Shown piece after piece: positions 19,240-29,238 of a stretch of 64,000 nucleotides of DNA. Origin of the DNA: an uncultured candidate division Zixibacteria bacterium (GTDB taxonomy: Bacteria > Zixibacteria > MSB-5A5 > UBA10806); the NCBI GenBank assembly GCA_963801605.1, contig CAWDFP010000006.1, positions 1,344,001 to 1,408,000 of the forward strand. The letters run 5' to 3'. The notes below the pieces were generated by a model. It had not been told where the DNA came from, did no database searches, and saw only the letters and a list, made by a program, of their open reading frames with translations. Position 1 is the stretch's first letter; each line of letters opens with the position of its first letter. The translations under genes and the position numbers were made by a program.

Positions 19240-20859
19240 TTACTTTGCTGGAAGAACGAACGGCCCTTGTCCGTGACGGCCATCAAGGCCCCCATAGATT
19301 ATTATGTTGATACCATTGATTGCCTGGCCATTTTGATAGGTAAACCAATCGCAATATTGGTTTCCATCGCCGTCATAGCAGTTCCAGGGTTCACCCTGTT
19401 CGCCGACTGTGCCATCGTTATCAAGATCATCAAATGCATAGATATACGATGCACCGGCATCAGCAGGATTGAAACTGACGGAGAACGGAGCGCTCTCAGC
19501 TCCTCCCGAAAGGCGCCAAGAATTCAGTATAGAACCGCTGCTGTCGATCAGGGCTACAATGGGATGAGTCAAAGTATTACCTTGCCAGGTCACGGATCCA
19601 TTTATTGTCGCCTGGCTGATTATCTGTTCAATCACTCCGATAAATTGCGAAACGAAATTGGTCCACGGCACTTGCTGAAATTCCAATCTGGCGTAGCTCG
19701 TGGAATCATACATTTCCCGCAGATAAGGCATATGGATAGTCAGACCGCCGCGAGTGATACCCTGGGCATTCGTATTGGTAATGACGATAGCCTCATTTAG
19801 TGCGGTTATCACCGAATCTGCGGCGTGGCTTATGAGATTGATATTTTGAAGATTAGGCTCCTGTTTGACCTTATTGGCCAGTTCCCTGATATCAACATAA
19901 GCCGGGCCATCATATTGAGTGGTATTGGTGTTGAGCCAGGCATCGAGCAGTTCATCCCAGTGATCCCCAATCGATGTCGAAAGCTGAGTGCCGAAGTTAT
20001 CCATTTTAGCTGCCAGATGTCCGATCTTTGATAGGTCTGTGGCTGCCATGTGAACGATTTTCTGTTTGTCGATACCCGCTTGATAAACGGCTTGAGCGAT
20101 ATTTGAGGCTAATTCACGGGCGCCAAGAGTGGGATTATGGTTAAGATTCGATAACCAGATGTTCGAACCTAATACACTTTCCATCGGCATTGAAAATTCC
20201 GATGCCACCAGATAGTTGGCGCTATTCCTGAATTCGTAGGCCACCTCGACCATCGACATCAGGCAGGCGTGAAATGTTATGATTTCGAATTTAGCGACAT
20301 TATTGGCGGCCGAGGCTTGCTCTACGGCATTAGCCATATCGTATGTGCTCATAATTCGGCCCGAGCCGTTTTGGTCGTCGACACAAGAGCCTGGCCAGCC
20401 GGCGCCGTGATCGTCAACGATCAGCATATATTTTTTGGCGGGATAATTAGCCAATCCGTAATTCAGGAACTCCTTAAGCGTCTGCCAGTCGGACATGTCT
20501 TTAGTGCCTTTGTTTTCGAGAACCGGTGAGCTGATATTATCACCAAGATCATCGGGATAATGCTCGATATGATAATATTTGGCGCCGCCGCCGGTTCTCA
20601 TCGAGGCTACCATCGCCACGATTTCAATCTTGTCGGTTGAACCGTTGCCTTCGAGATCCTGAATATCCTGAATGCAGTAAGAGCCGCCGCCCTGGGCAGC
20701 GTCTAAATTATTGTTGCCATCAGCATAAACCAGAATTGTCCATTCCGTCGATGGTCCTGACGGGGTGTTGGACTTATCTTTGCTGCAGCTAACATATAGC
20801 AGCAGACCAGCTAACAGGATTGCTGTAACCGGAATAAAAACCCTCATTGCAAGTTTCAT
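19240..20859 (-). CDS. Clostripain-family (C11) cysteine peptidase lipoprotein
   Basis: WTILVYADGNNNL, DDHGAGW (catalytic His), FHACLMS (catalytic Cys), EVAYE, ASE. Lipobox YVS-C. Confidence 0.85.
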   Translation of the reverse strand: MKLAMRVFIPVTAILLAGLLLYVSCSKDKSNTPSGPSTEWTILVYADGNNNLDAAQGGGSYCIQDIQDLEGNGSTDKIEIVAMVASMRTGGGAKYYHIEHYPDDLGDNISSPVLENKGTKDMSDWQTLKEFLNYGLANYPAKKYMLIVDDHGAGWPGSCVDDQNGSGRIMSTYDMANAVEQASAANNVAKFEIITFHACLMSMVEVAYEFRNSANYLVASEFSMPMESVLGSNIWLSNLNHNPTLGARELASNIAQAVYQAGIDKQKIVHMAATDLSKIGHLAAKMDNFGTQLSTSIGDHWDELLDAWLNTNTTQYDGPAYVDIRELANKVKQEPNLQNINLISHAADSVITALNEAIVITNTNAQGITRGGLTIHMPYLREMYDSTSYARLEFQQVPWTNFVSQFIGVIEQIISQATINGSVTWQGNTLTHPIVALIDSSGSILNSWRLSGGAESAPFSVSFNPADAGASYIYAFDDLDNDGTVGEQGEPWNCYDGDGNQYCDWFTYQNGQAINGINIIIYGGLDGRHGQGPFVLPAK

Positions 20860-21257
20860 TTTTGCCTCCTTATGAAATTGAACATGTTAATTTGACTCGA
20901 AATATCATTCGGAAACCCACAGATATATGCAATAATATGTTATGCCCCGCTAAAACAATTTTGAACTGACAAAACTAATGGAAAATATGGATTTGAATAC
21001 TTCCCGTCAAGGTATTTAACAATCCGAAATAAAAATCGTCGTCTTTCGGAACATAAGATAATGATAACCGTTAACTATATTCGCGGCAGGAATTGCTTGA
21101 CATCTTTTGCCTAATCAGTAAATTTGCCCTTTAGCGGAGAATAAATTAACGGGAGACCACTGTAGACCTTACATTTATGCCTCACAACGGGCCTAAGTAA
21201 AATAAGATTGATTAATATTAAGTCTTAACACCACAAGAAACCACCTAAGGAGGACTC

Positions 21258-22034
21258 GTGAAACGCAGTTTGATTTATCTCGTAGCGATCATGTTTTTAT
21301 TGACAGCAGCTGTAGCCTTTGCCGGCGATGCAACCAAAACCGAATCCGGCGGTTGCCCCATGATGAAAGCCAAAACAGCATCCGATACTACTGCCGCGGC
21401 TGCCTCGCATGCCGGTTGCCCCTATGGTAAGGCCGATGCTAAAGTCGGTGCCGCCGTTTCCACATCCGGCGAGACAAAGGCTATGGGTGAATGCCCGATG
21501 CATGCCAAAACCGTCGTTGGCAAGGCCGAAGCCTCTGCAAGCGAAGCCACTACAGGCGCCGTCGCTCCTGCAGCCGAGGTTAAAGTCGAAAACGCTGCTG
21601 CCGCCACCGCTGCTACCGCTGCCACTGAGGAAAAGATTTCGGTGAAAATTCCTGAAGGTTCCTGCCCCGATGTTGCCGACAAAAACGAACTGACTAATTT
21701 CCATAACAATATGCATCCGATGGATATGGCGCTGAAGTCCGGCAACTATGCCGAAATCAAAGGCTCTATGCCGAAGCTTATGGAAGCCTCTAAGGGTATT
21801 GCCGCCTACAAATGCCCGATGACCGGTAAATGCTCTCCCGAATGCCTCAAAGCATTTGACGATAAGAAAACCACTCTCTTAAAGGCCGTTGATGAGCTCA
21901 ATCTTGCCTGTCAGGGTGATGATAACAAGAAGATCGAGGCAACTTTCGGAACGATGCATCAGGCTTATATCGATTTTGCCGGCATGTGCAATCCTGCCGC
22001 CAAAGAGACTGCTAAACAGGTCGAAACCAAGTAG
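21258..22034 (+). CDS. Exported Cys/His/Met-rich protein, putative metal-binding helical bundle
   Basis: GGAGG RBS, signal peptide AVAFA, five CP motifs, Ala-rich linker, FHNNMHPM and TMHQAY. Confidence 0.7.
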   Translation: MKRSLIYLVAIMFLLTAAVAFAGDATKTESGGCPMMKAKTASDTTAAAASHAGCPYGKADAKVGAAVSTSGETKAMGECPMHAKTVVGKAEASASEATTGAVAPAAEVKVENAAAATAATAATEEKISVKIPEGSCPDVADKNELTNFHNNMHPMDMALKSGNYAEIKGSMPKLMEASKGIAAYKCPMTGKCSPECLKAFDDKKTTLLKAVDELNLACQGDDNKKIEATFGTMHQAYIDFAGMCNPAAKETAKQVETK

Positions 22035-22060
22035 CTTTACTCAATTTCATTTGGTTTTAT

Positions 22061-22092
22061 CGGCTCGGTAATACCACCGGGCCGTTTTTTTT
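22061..22092 (+). terminator. Intrinsic terminator
   Basis: CGGCTCGGT-loop-ACCGGGCCG followed by a T-run. Confidence 0.8.
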
Positions 22093-22212
22093 ACAATGAG
22101 GCCGTTTATCGACATGTCATTATCAAATTTATTATAGGCAATTCGATACCAATAATCGTATCTTATGGAAAAGCTAACAGTCCCATATCAAGATATGGCT
22201 GCTGATAATGTG

Positions 22213-22241
22213 TTGACTTGCCGATAATAGCATTGTAGATT
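22213..22241 (+). promoter_or_regulatory. sigma70-type promoter of ftsK (leaderless geometry)
   Basis: TTGACT-17 bp-TAGATT, with the ATG 8 nt downstream and no SD. Confidence 0.6.
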
Positions 22242-22249
22242 TTCGGGCT

Positions 22250-24491
22250 ATGAAGATGCTCAAAGAGTTGGAAAAAAATAAAAAGAATAGAATCCTGGGG
22301 CTTCTGCTTTGTACGCTGGCTCTGCTTTTACTCGTCAGCCTGATTTCTTATGACAAAGCGGACTATAGCGGCACGACTCTATCGAGTGATATTCATAATC
22401 GCGGCGGGATTAGCCGGAGCTTTCATTGCGCATTGGCTTTTCGTGGCCTTTGGGCTTTGCTCCCTGATAATTCCGATCGCCTTAATCCTCTGGGGAGTAA
22501 ACCGGTTTCTGGGACGGTCTATTGAGACCATGCGTCGCCTGAGTTTTATCGCCGGCTTTTTTATTATTACCATTATTACTCTCATATCGCTTTTTCACGC
22601 CAGAGATGATTTCGCAACGTTGGGTACGACTTTCGGTGGCGCGCTTGGACACCAGTTGGCCTATGGGCTGGTGAAGCTCGTGGGCGGCCTGGTGGCTTTC
22701 ACCTTGATGATTTCCCTGATTGTCACCGGCCTGATGATAGTTGTCCCCGGAGCTCTTACCAAAGCGGCCCACTTCTTTATAGGCGTTTTCTCAAAGGATA
22801 CTCTCGAACGCCTTAAAAAAAGCAAAGACTCCGATAAAACCAAAGCCACCGTGCTGAAGGAAAATACGCCTGCCGTCAAGGCCGAGGCGAAACAGGGATT
22901 TGTTAAAAGCATCCTTCATATTAGAAAGCATGACGAGGCAAAACAGGAACCTCAGCCAATTGCCTCCGATAATTCCAAAGCCGATTCGCCCGTGATAGCA
23001 ATTGAACAAGCTTCGACCAAACCTTCGCCGCCGAACAGGATTAAGGGAATTCGCTCGCCCGGAACTAAAGGCGAATATCGCCTGCCGACAATCGATCTTC
23101 TTGATGATCCGCCCGGCGGAGTTCCCATCATTGATGAATCTTACTTCCGTAAAACCGCCGAGGCTCTTCGCCATACGCTGTTAACATTTGGTGTCGAGAT
23201 CGAATCCGGCGAGGTTAATATTCTGCCTGGCCCCATCATTACGAGATTTGAGTTTAAGCCCGCTTCCGGAATTAAGGTTTCGCAGATATTAAATTTAGCT
23301 GACGATCTGGCGCTGGCTATGCAGGCCGAACGGATCAGGATCGTGGCTCCTATTCCCGGCAAACCGGCGGTGGGAATTGAAATACCAAACAAAGTCAAAC
23401 GCGGTATTTATATAAAAGAGCTTATTTCATCGCCCGTTTTTACCGATTCCGACGCCAGGTTGTTAATGGCGCTCGGCAAAACAATTAGCGGCGATCCTTT
23501 CGTAGCCGATCTGGCCCGCATGCCTCATTTGCTATTAGCGGGTTCAACCGGCAGCGGTAAATCCGTATGCCTCAATGTCCTTCTTACAAGTTTGATATTC
23601 AGGCTTCATCCCGATGAGATCAGGTTCATCCTGATCGATCCCAAGCGGCTGGAGCTATCGGTATATGATGGCCTGCCGCATCTGGAAAAACCGGTCGTCA
23701 CCGAAATGAAAGACGCCGAAAAGATGCTTGCTGATGCCGTTATCGAGATGGAGGATCGCTACCGAACTCTGGCCCGCGCCGGCGTCCGTAACATTGCAGA
23801 ATACAACGCCCGCGAAAAGGAGATACTGCCTTATCTCGTAATCGTTGTTGATGAGTTAGCCGACCTCATGATGAGCGGACTTAGCCGGGTTGAAAGCCTG
23901 ATTACCCGTCTGGCTCAAATGGCCCGTGCGGTTGGAATTCATCTGATACTCGCCACCCAAAGGCCATCGGTGGATGTCATTACCGGTCTCATTAAAGCCA
24001 ATTTCTCGACCAGAATCGCTTTCCAAACTGCCTCCAAGGTCGATTCGCGAACAATCCTTGACGCTAATGGCGCCGAAAAACTTCTGGGCAGGGGAGATAT
24101 GCTATTTTCGACTCCCGGTCTCGCCGAACCGGTCCGGATTCACGGAGCCTATATCTCCGGTGAGGAAACCGAGCGGCTGGTGGAATTTATCAGTCAGCAG
24201 GAATACCGCACCAAGGCGATCGAGACTTTCGAAAAGAGCGAATCCGAGGATACCATTCCCGGTTTCGATCCGGCATCCGATCCGTTATTCAAAGAAGCGA
24301 TCGAACTTGTCATCAGGCATAAACAGGGTTCGGTATCTCTGCTTCAGAGACGGCTTGGCGTTGGTTATCAGCGTGCCGCCCGTTTGATCGATCAGCTTGA
24401 ACAGGCTGGGGTTGTCGGTCCGTATGATGGCAGCAAAGCCCGCGAAGTTTTGGTTGATGAAACCTACCTGGAATCAAAAGAGTACAAATAA
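22250..24491 (+). CDS. ftsK: DNA translocase FtsK; one extra G at 22406-22408 splits the ORF
   Basis: 4TM N-domain (removing one G gives HNRGGLAGAFIA), PHLLLAGSTGSGKS, VDELADLM, ATQRPS, gamma domain SLLQRRLGVGYQRAAR. Confidence 0.95.
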
Positions 24492-24494
24492 TAG

Positions 24495-25091
24495 ATGTTA
24501 GCCTATATTCTTTCGCTCCTGATCGCCTCGCAGATTTCGGTATCAAAAGGCGAGGAAATTCTTAATCAGATGGCCAATCGCTATAAGGCCGTTAGCGGTA
24601 TTCAATGGACCATGCAATCGCGCATCTATCAACCGGTTTTCGATGATACTCAAAACTCGTCGATACAATTTATGTTCAACTCCCCGGATACATTTTATTA
24701 TAAGAGCGATAGCGAGGAGGTCGTGGGGATTGCCGATACCATCTGGGTTCTATCCCGGAAAAATAAGCAAATCCAGAAGAAACTTACCGAATCGTATCTG
24801 ATGCCGACCGATTTTATAATCAAATGGAATCAACATTATACATTGAATGATTACCGGGCCAAAGATGATACAAAGCAATTCGATTTAGTGGGCAATGAAG
24901 GTGTATCACCTGCTAACGTGAAACTTACTCTGGATAAGAATAACCGCATCAAAGAAATTTATTATAAAGATATCTCCGATAACGATGTGACCCTGACCGT
25001 TACCAAAGAGACACTCAAGCGATCCAAAAAAATCAATCTGTTTTTTATTAATATTCCCCAAGGTTATAAACTGATTGATTTGATAGAATAA
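24495..25091 (+). CDS. lolA: LolA-like lipoprotein carrier
   Basis: Directly after ftsK (conserved synteny). Signal peptide, ~200 aa, C-terminal F.I.IP.G...ID pattern. Confidence 0.6.
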   Translation: MLAYILSLLIASQISVSKGEEILNQMANRYKAVSGIQWTMQSRIYQPVFDDTQNSSIQFMFNSPDTFYYKSDSEEVVGIADTIWVLSRKNKQIQKKLTESYLMPTDFIIKWNQHYTLNDYRAKDDTKQFDLVGNEGVSPANVKLTLDKNNRIKEIYYKDISDNDVTLTVTKETLKRSKKINLFFINIPQGYKLIDLIE

Positions 25092-25284
25092 CCGAATCAG
25101 ATTATTCTCTGAGATGTTCGCTTTCTCATTTGCTTCCCTAATTAATAGCCCGGCCTGTACATACTAAGTTAAGAAATCACAATATCTTACTTGCCCAGAC
25201 ACCATATTTTTATGGCCTTTTAATATTATTTCCCTATATTTGGCCCCAGGCCGCGAGTAAATAATAAAGGAGCACATAATAGAT

Positions 25285-26600
25285 ATGGCAGTCGGCGATA
25301 AGGCAAAATCATTTTATTTGGCAACACTTGGTTGCCCCAAGAACGAGGTCGATTCGGAGGCTCTGCAAACGGACCTCCTTGCCGCCGGGTTGATACCGGT
25401 TGACGACCCCGGTTCTGCCGACCTGCTCCTAGTCAACAGTTGCGGCTTCATTAATGATGCTAAAGTCGAGGCTATCCAGACTGTCCTCGATCTCCATCAG
25501 GATAGAAAGGCCGGGTCAATCCTGGTATTGTGCGGATGCCTGCCCGTTCGATACAACTTAAGTCGGTCGCTTAACGAGGTCGATATCTTTCTTCCCTGGA
25601 ATCGGCATCATGAGCTTGTCTCAAAATTGCAGGAGTTGGGCTGGCCGATAAACAAGCCAAAGACACCAGCTTTCGATAGGTATCATCCTAAAAGGGTTAA
25701 GCCGATTTCGGCCTTTTCATATCTACGCATTTCCGAAGGTTGCGATAATCGCTGTGCTTACTGCGCCATCCCCAATATCAAAGGGCCGTTCACCAGTCGC
25801 CCCCTGCAGGAAATTATCTCTGAGGCTGAATTTCTTGCCAACAACGGCGCCAGAGAACTGGTTCTGATTGGACAGGATACTACCCTTTATGGACGAAACG
25901 GCGCCGATAAAGATAGCCTGGCCAATTTGTTAGAGCGGTTAGCCTTAGAAACTTCCTGTGATTGGATCAGGCTGATGTATGCTCATCCGGCACATCTCGA
26001 TAAAAATATAATTTCCGTTATGGCCAGCAACCGATAAAGTAATTAAGTACATCGATCTTCCCCTTCAGCACATAAGCGAACATCTCCTCAAGAAAATGAA
26101 CCGCAAGGTACATCGCATCCAGATCGAATCGCTTATCGCCAAATTGAGGGAAAGTATGCCGGGATTGGTATTACGCACCACGTTTATCGTCGGGTTTCCC
26201 GGCGAAACCGATAAGGATTTCGCCGAGCTTCTCGATTTTTGCGAAACTGCGAAATTCGATAATGTTGGAGTTTTCAAATATTCCCCGGAGGAGGGAACCC
26301 CGGCTTATAAATTCAAAGACCGTGTTGACGAAGAGACTATCGACGAAAGATACTTGACTCTTTTGGATATTCAGAATATGATTTCGGGCGAGATAGCTAA
26401 AGCAGCGTGTCGGACAGCGGGAACGGGTCCTGTTGCAGGAGATCGATTCCGACGGAGTCGGCCATGCCCGCGGATGGTTTCAGGCGCCGGAGGTTGACGG
26501 TCAGGTGCTGATAAGCAACTGTCACGCTAAACCCGGCGAGTTTACAGAGGTCAAAATTGTAGGCTCCGATGCTTATGATCTTTCCGCCACCGAGCTTTAG
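25285..26600 (+). CDS. rimO: Ribosomal protein S12 methylthiotransferase; two frameshifts (~26031 and ~26395)
   Basis: LGCPKNEVD, NSCGFI, CDNRCAYC radical SAM motif. Corrected frames give KYIDLPLQH, FIVGFPGET and TRAM domain QAPEVDG..AYDL ending TAG at 26600. Confidence 0.9.
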
Positions 26601-26614
26601 AGAAAGGAGGCAGT

Positions 26615-27274
26615 ATGTCTGTCACAGGAACGAAAATTAAAACCTCAGGGATAATCATCTCTCGACCTGTCAGCTTTACCTTTCTTTTGATTTATATTCT
26701 CCAGGGCGCCATTATTGCCTGGCTTATCTGGCAGTACAATCAGCATCAAACCGTAATTGTTGAACAGCAGAAGAAGATCGAAGAACTTGAACAGAAAGTA
26801 AAGATACTCGATATCATCGAACACTACCAGGTCGGGTTCAACGAAAATGAATCTGCCCAAATCGCCAATGTCGTTTATGATGAAAGTAATAAATACGGGA
26901 TTGATCCGCTGTTGATCTTAGCGGTAATCATCTCTGAGAGTTCGTTTCGCAAATCACAGACATCGGATATGGGGGCGGAAGGCTTGATGCAGATATTGCC
27001 ATCCACTGCAACCAGGGTGGCCGCCAAATGGGGAATTCAATGGCCGCAGAAAGGCGGCCTGGGAAACCCGGGCTTGAATGTTCGGGTCGGCACCGCCTAT
27101 CTTTTCGAGCTTATTCTAAGATATAAAGATATTAAGAAGGCGATCACGGCTTATAATATCGGAACCGGCGTTACCGAGGAGTATTTTTCATTTGGCGCAG
27201 CCCCGCCGGCGCGTTATTATGATAAAGTTCGAAAAATCTACCTGGAATTAAAGGATCGATTTAATGAAAAATAG
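26615..27274 (+). CDS. Lytic transglycosylase (SLT domain) with N-terminal TM and coiled coil
   Basis: IISESSF, GLMQI, AYN.G motifs. Confidence 0.88.
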   Translation: MSVTGTKIKTSGIIISRPVSFTFLLIYILQGAIIAWLIWQYNQHQTVIVEQQKKIEELEQKVKILDIIEHYQVGFNENESAQIANVVYDESNKYGIDPLLILAVIISESSFRKSQTSDMGAEGLMQILPSTATRVAAKWGIQWPQKGGLGNPGLNVRVGTAYLFELILRYKDIKKAITAYNIGTGVTEEYFSFGAAPPARYYDKVRKIYLELKDRFNEK

Positions 27275-27875
27275 CGCTCCCCGGACTTTCCTTTTTTCTC
27301 TTCTTCTCGCATTCATCGGCTTTACATCAGTTTGGTCGCAGCCCGTTACCAATGAACAAATCGTGGTCAATTCCGTTCGGGAACAGATTACCCAGGGTAT
27401 CGAAAAGGATTCGGCTGCCGCGCTGCTTATAATATCTGGTGAAAAAGACCTCGAGATTCTCATCGCCGGAGCAATTGCCGATGCGATGCGATCCAAATAT
27501 CCCCAGGTGCTATTATCATCCACGCTTGCACCCAACGCAGATAACCTTCAATTCGATCTTCAGGGATTTGATTTTTCTTTTTCTAAGGGAGCCTCAAGAG
27601 GTTTCCTTAAAGCTCATAAAATAAAACGTCAGTTGCAGGCTCAGTTGCGTATAACCATTCGTAGCGGTATGGATGGACAATTGCGTGAGGTGAAAGATTT
27701 CTCGGTCGCATACAACGACGTTATCGATCCCGCCTGGGCAAAGTACGTTAACAGCCGCAATATTCCGGAACTGGCTCCGCAGGCGCCTGCTTCGGGATGG
27801 TCGCGATACGTGGAGCCAACCCTGGTAATCGGAGCGGTAGGGGCGTTGGTTTATTTATTTTTCGCAAACAGATGA
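27264..27875 (+). CDS. Hypothetical exported/membrane protein
   Basis: Signal peptide and C-terminal TM VEPTLVIGAVGALVYLFF. Overlaps the upstream gene, consistent with an operon. Confidence 0.7.
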   Translation: MKNSAPRTFLFSLLLAFIGFTSVWSQPVTNEQIVVNSVREQITQGIEKDSAAALLIISGEKDLEILIAGAIADAMRSKYPQVLLSSTLAPNADNLQFDLQGFDFSFSKGASRGFLKAHKIKRQLQAQLRITIRSGMDGQLREVKDFSVAYNDVIDPAWAKYVNSRNIPELAPQAPASGWSRYVEPTLVIGAVGALVYLFFANR

Positions 27876-27879
27876 GGAA

Positions 27880-28650
27880 TTGATGAGGCAAATTTCGATT
27901 TGGATTCTTGGTGCTTTAATTATGGTTGCGGCTTTGTCGTGCTCAAAAACGGCGGTAAAGGAAGAACTAACTCCTTATAAGCAGTTCCAGCAGGGAATGA
28001 ACTATTTTGAAAAGGGTAACTATCTCAAGGCCCAAAAGGAGCTTCAAAAAGTAATCTATGGCTTTCCCGGACAGACCTTCATCGATACTGCTCAGTATTA
28101 TCTGGCCATGAGTTATTATAACATTAGCAGTTATCCCGAAGCGATCGGTGAATTCCGAAAGGTATTGCAGACATTTCCATCGTCAGCGCTGGCCGATGAT
28201 TCCCAGTATTACGTAGCTATGTCATACTTCAAACAATCACCTCCTTATTATAAGGATCAGACCGATTCCTATTCGGCTGTTGACGAATTCGGCGTATTTC
28301 TCGACAGATATCCGGATAGCCCGCTTGTTGATGATGCCAGGGCTAATTTGGATCAGCTTTATGATAAGCTGGCGCAAAAACTGTTTAAATCCGGCGAACT
28401 ATATTTAAGATTAAACGATTATGATCCCGCCCTTCTCTATTTCGGGCAGGTTAGAGATAATTACTCCAATACTCAATGGGCTGCGGCATCGGTTTACTAT
28501 TCCGGAGTAGCTTTGATGAAACAGGGGAAAACCGCTGATGCCCTGGAGACATTTCAGAATTTTGTAACCGCTTTCCCTAATCATAAGCTTGTCAAAAAAG
28601 CCCAGGCCAATATATCGAAACTTGGGCCTAAAGAGTCTGCGGGGGGCTGA
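27880..28650 (+). CDS. bamD: Outer-membrane assembly lipoprotein BamD (TPR)
   Basis: Lipobox ALS-C, TPR repeats, SPPYYKDQT..A..F..FL..YPDS motif. Confidence 0.85.
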   Translation: MMRQISIWILGALIMVAALSCSKTAVKEELTPYKQFQQGMNYFEKGNYLKAQKELQKVIYGFPGQTFIDTAQYYLAMSYYNISSYPEAIGEFRKVLQTFPSSALADDSQYYVAMSYFKQSPPYYKDQTDSYSAVDEFGVFLDRYPDSPLVDDARANLDQLYDKLAQKLFKSGELYLRLNDYDPALLYFGQVRDNYSNTQWAAASVYYSGVALMKQGKTADALETFQNFVTAFPNHKLVKKAQANISKLGPKESAGG

Positions 28651-28656
28651 GATCTC

Positions 28657-29238
28657 TTGGCCAGAATTGGCATACTGGGAGGCACATTTGATCCTCCGCA
28701 CAATGGTCATATTGCGATTGCCCGGGCCGCGTTGGAGGAGTTGAATCTTTCCGAAGTTATTTTCGTTCCGGCCAATATACCACCGCATAAGCTTAAACGA
28801 ATCGTTGCCGGTCAATCAGATCGTTTGGTGATGTTGGAACTCTCCTTAGGGAATAATAGCAGATTTAAAATTTCGACAATCGAAATGGATCGGCCAGGGC
28901 CGTCCTATACCGCCGATACATTAACTGAGCTTAATGCCTTATATCCAAATGATGAGCTTTTTCTATTAATTGGAGCCGATAATGTTACGGATATCGAAGA
29001 CTGGTATCAACCGGAACGGATTGCGGAGTTGGCCAGGATAGCCGCGGCCAATAGGCCTAATTTTAATCCGCATGGCATTTATGCTGATAAGGTGATATAT
29101 TTTAAAATGCCGCCAACCGATATCTCCTCAACTGAGGTGCGCGATCGAATCCGGGCGGGGAAACCAATATCGGACTTAGTTTGTTCTGAGGTTGAGAAAT
29201 ATATTATCGAACACAGGTTATATATCAACCATGAGTAA
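28657..29238 (+). CDS. nadD: Nicotinate-nucleotide adenylyltransferase
   Basis: GGTFDPPHNGH, PPHK, SYTADT, IGAD, ISST. Confidence 0.95.
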   Translation: MARIGILGGTFDPPHNGHIAIARAALEELNLSEVIFVPANIPPHKLKRIVAGQSDRLVMLELSLGNNSRFKISTIEMDRPGPSYTADTLTELNALYPNDELFLLIGADNVTDIEDWYQPERIAELARIAAANRPNFNPHGIYADKVIYFKMPPTDISSTEVRDRIRAGKPISDLVCSEVEKYIIEHRLYINHE

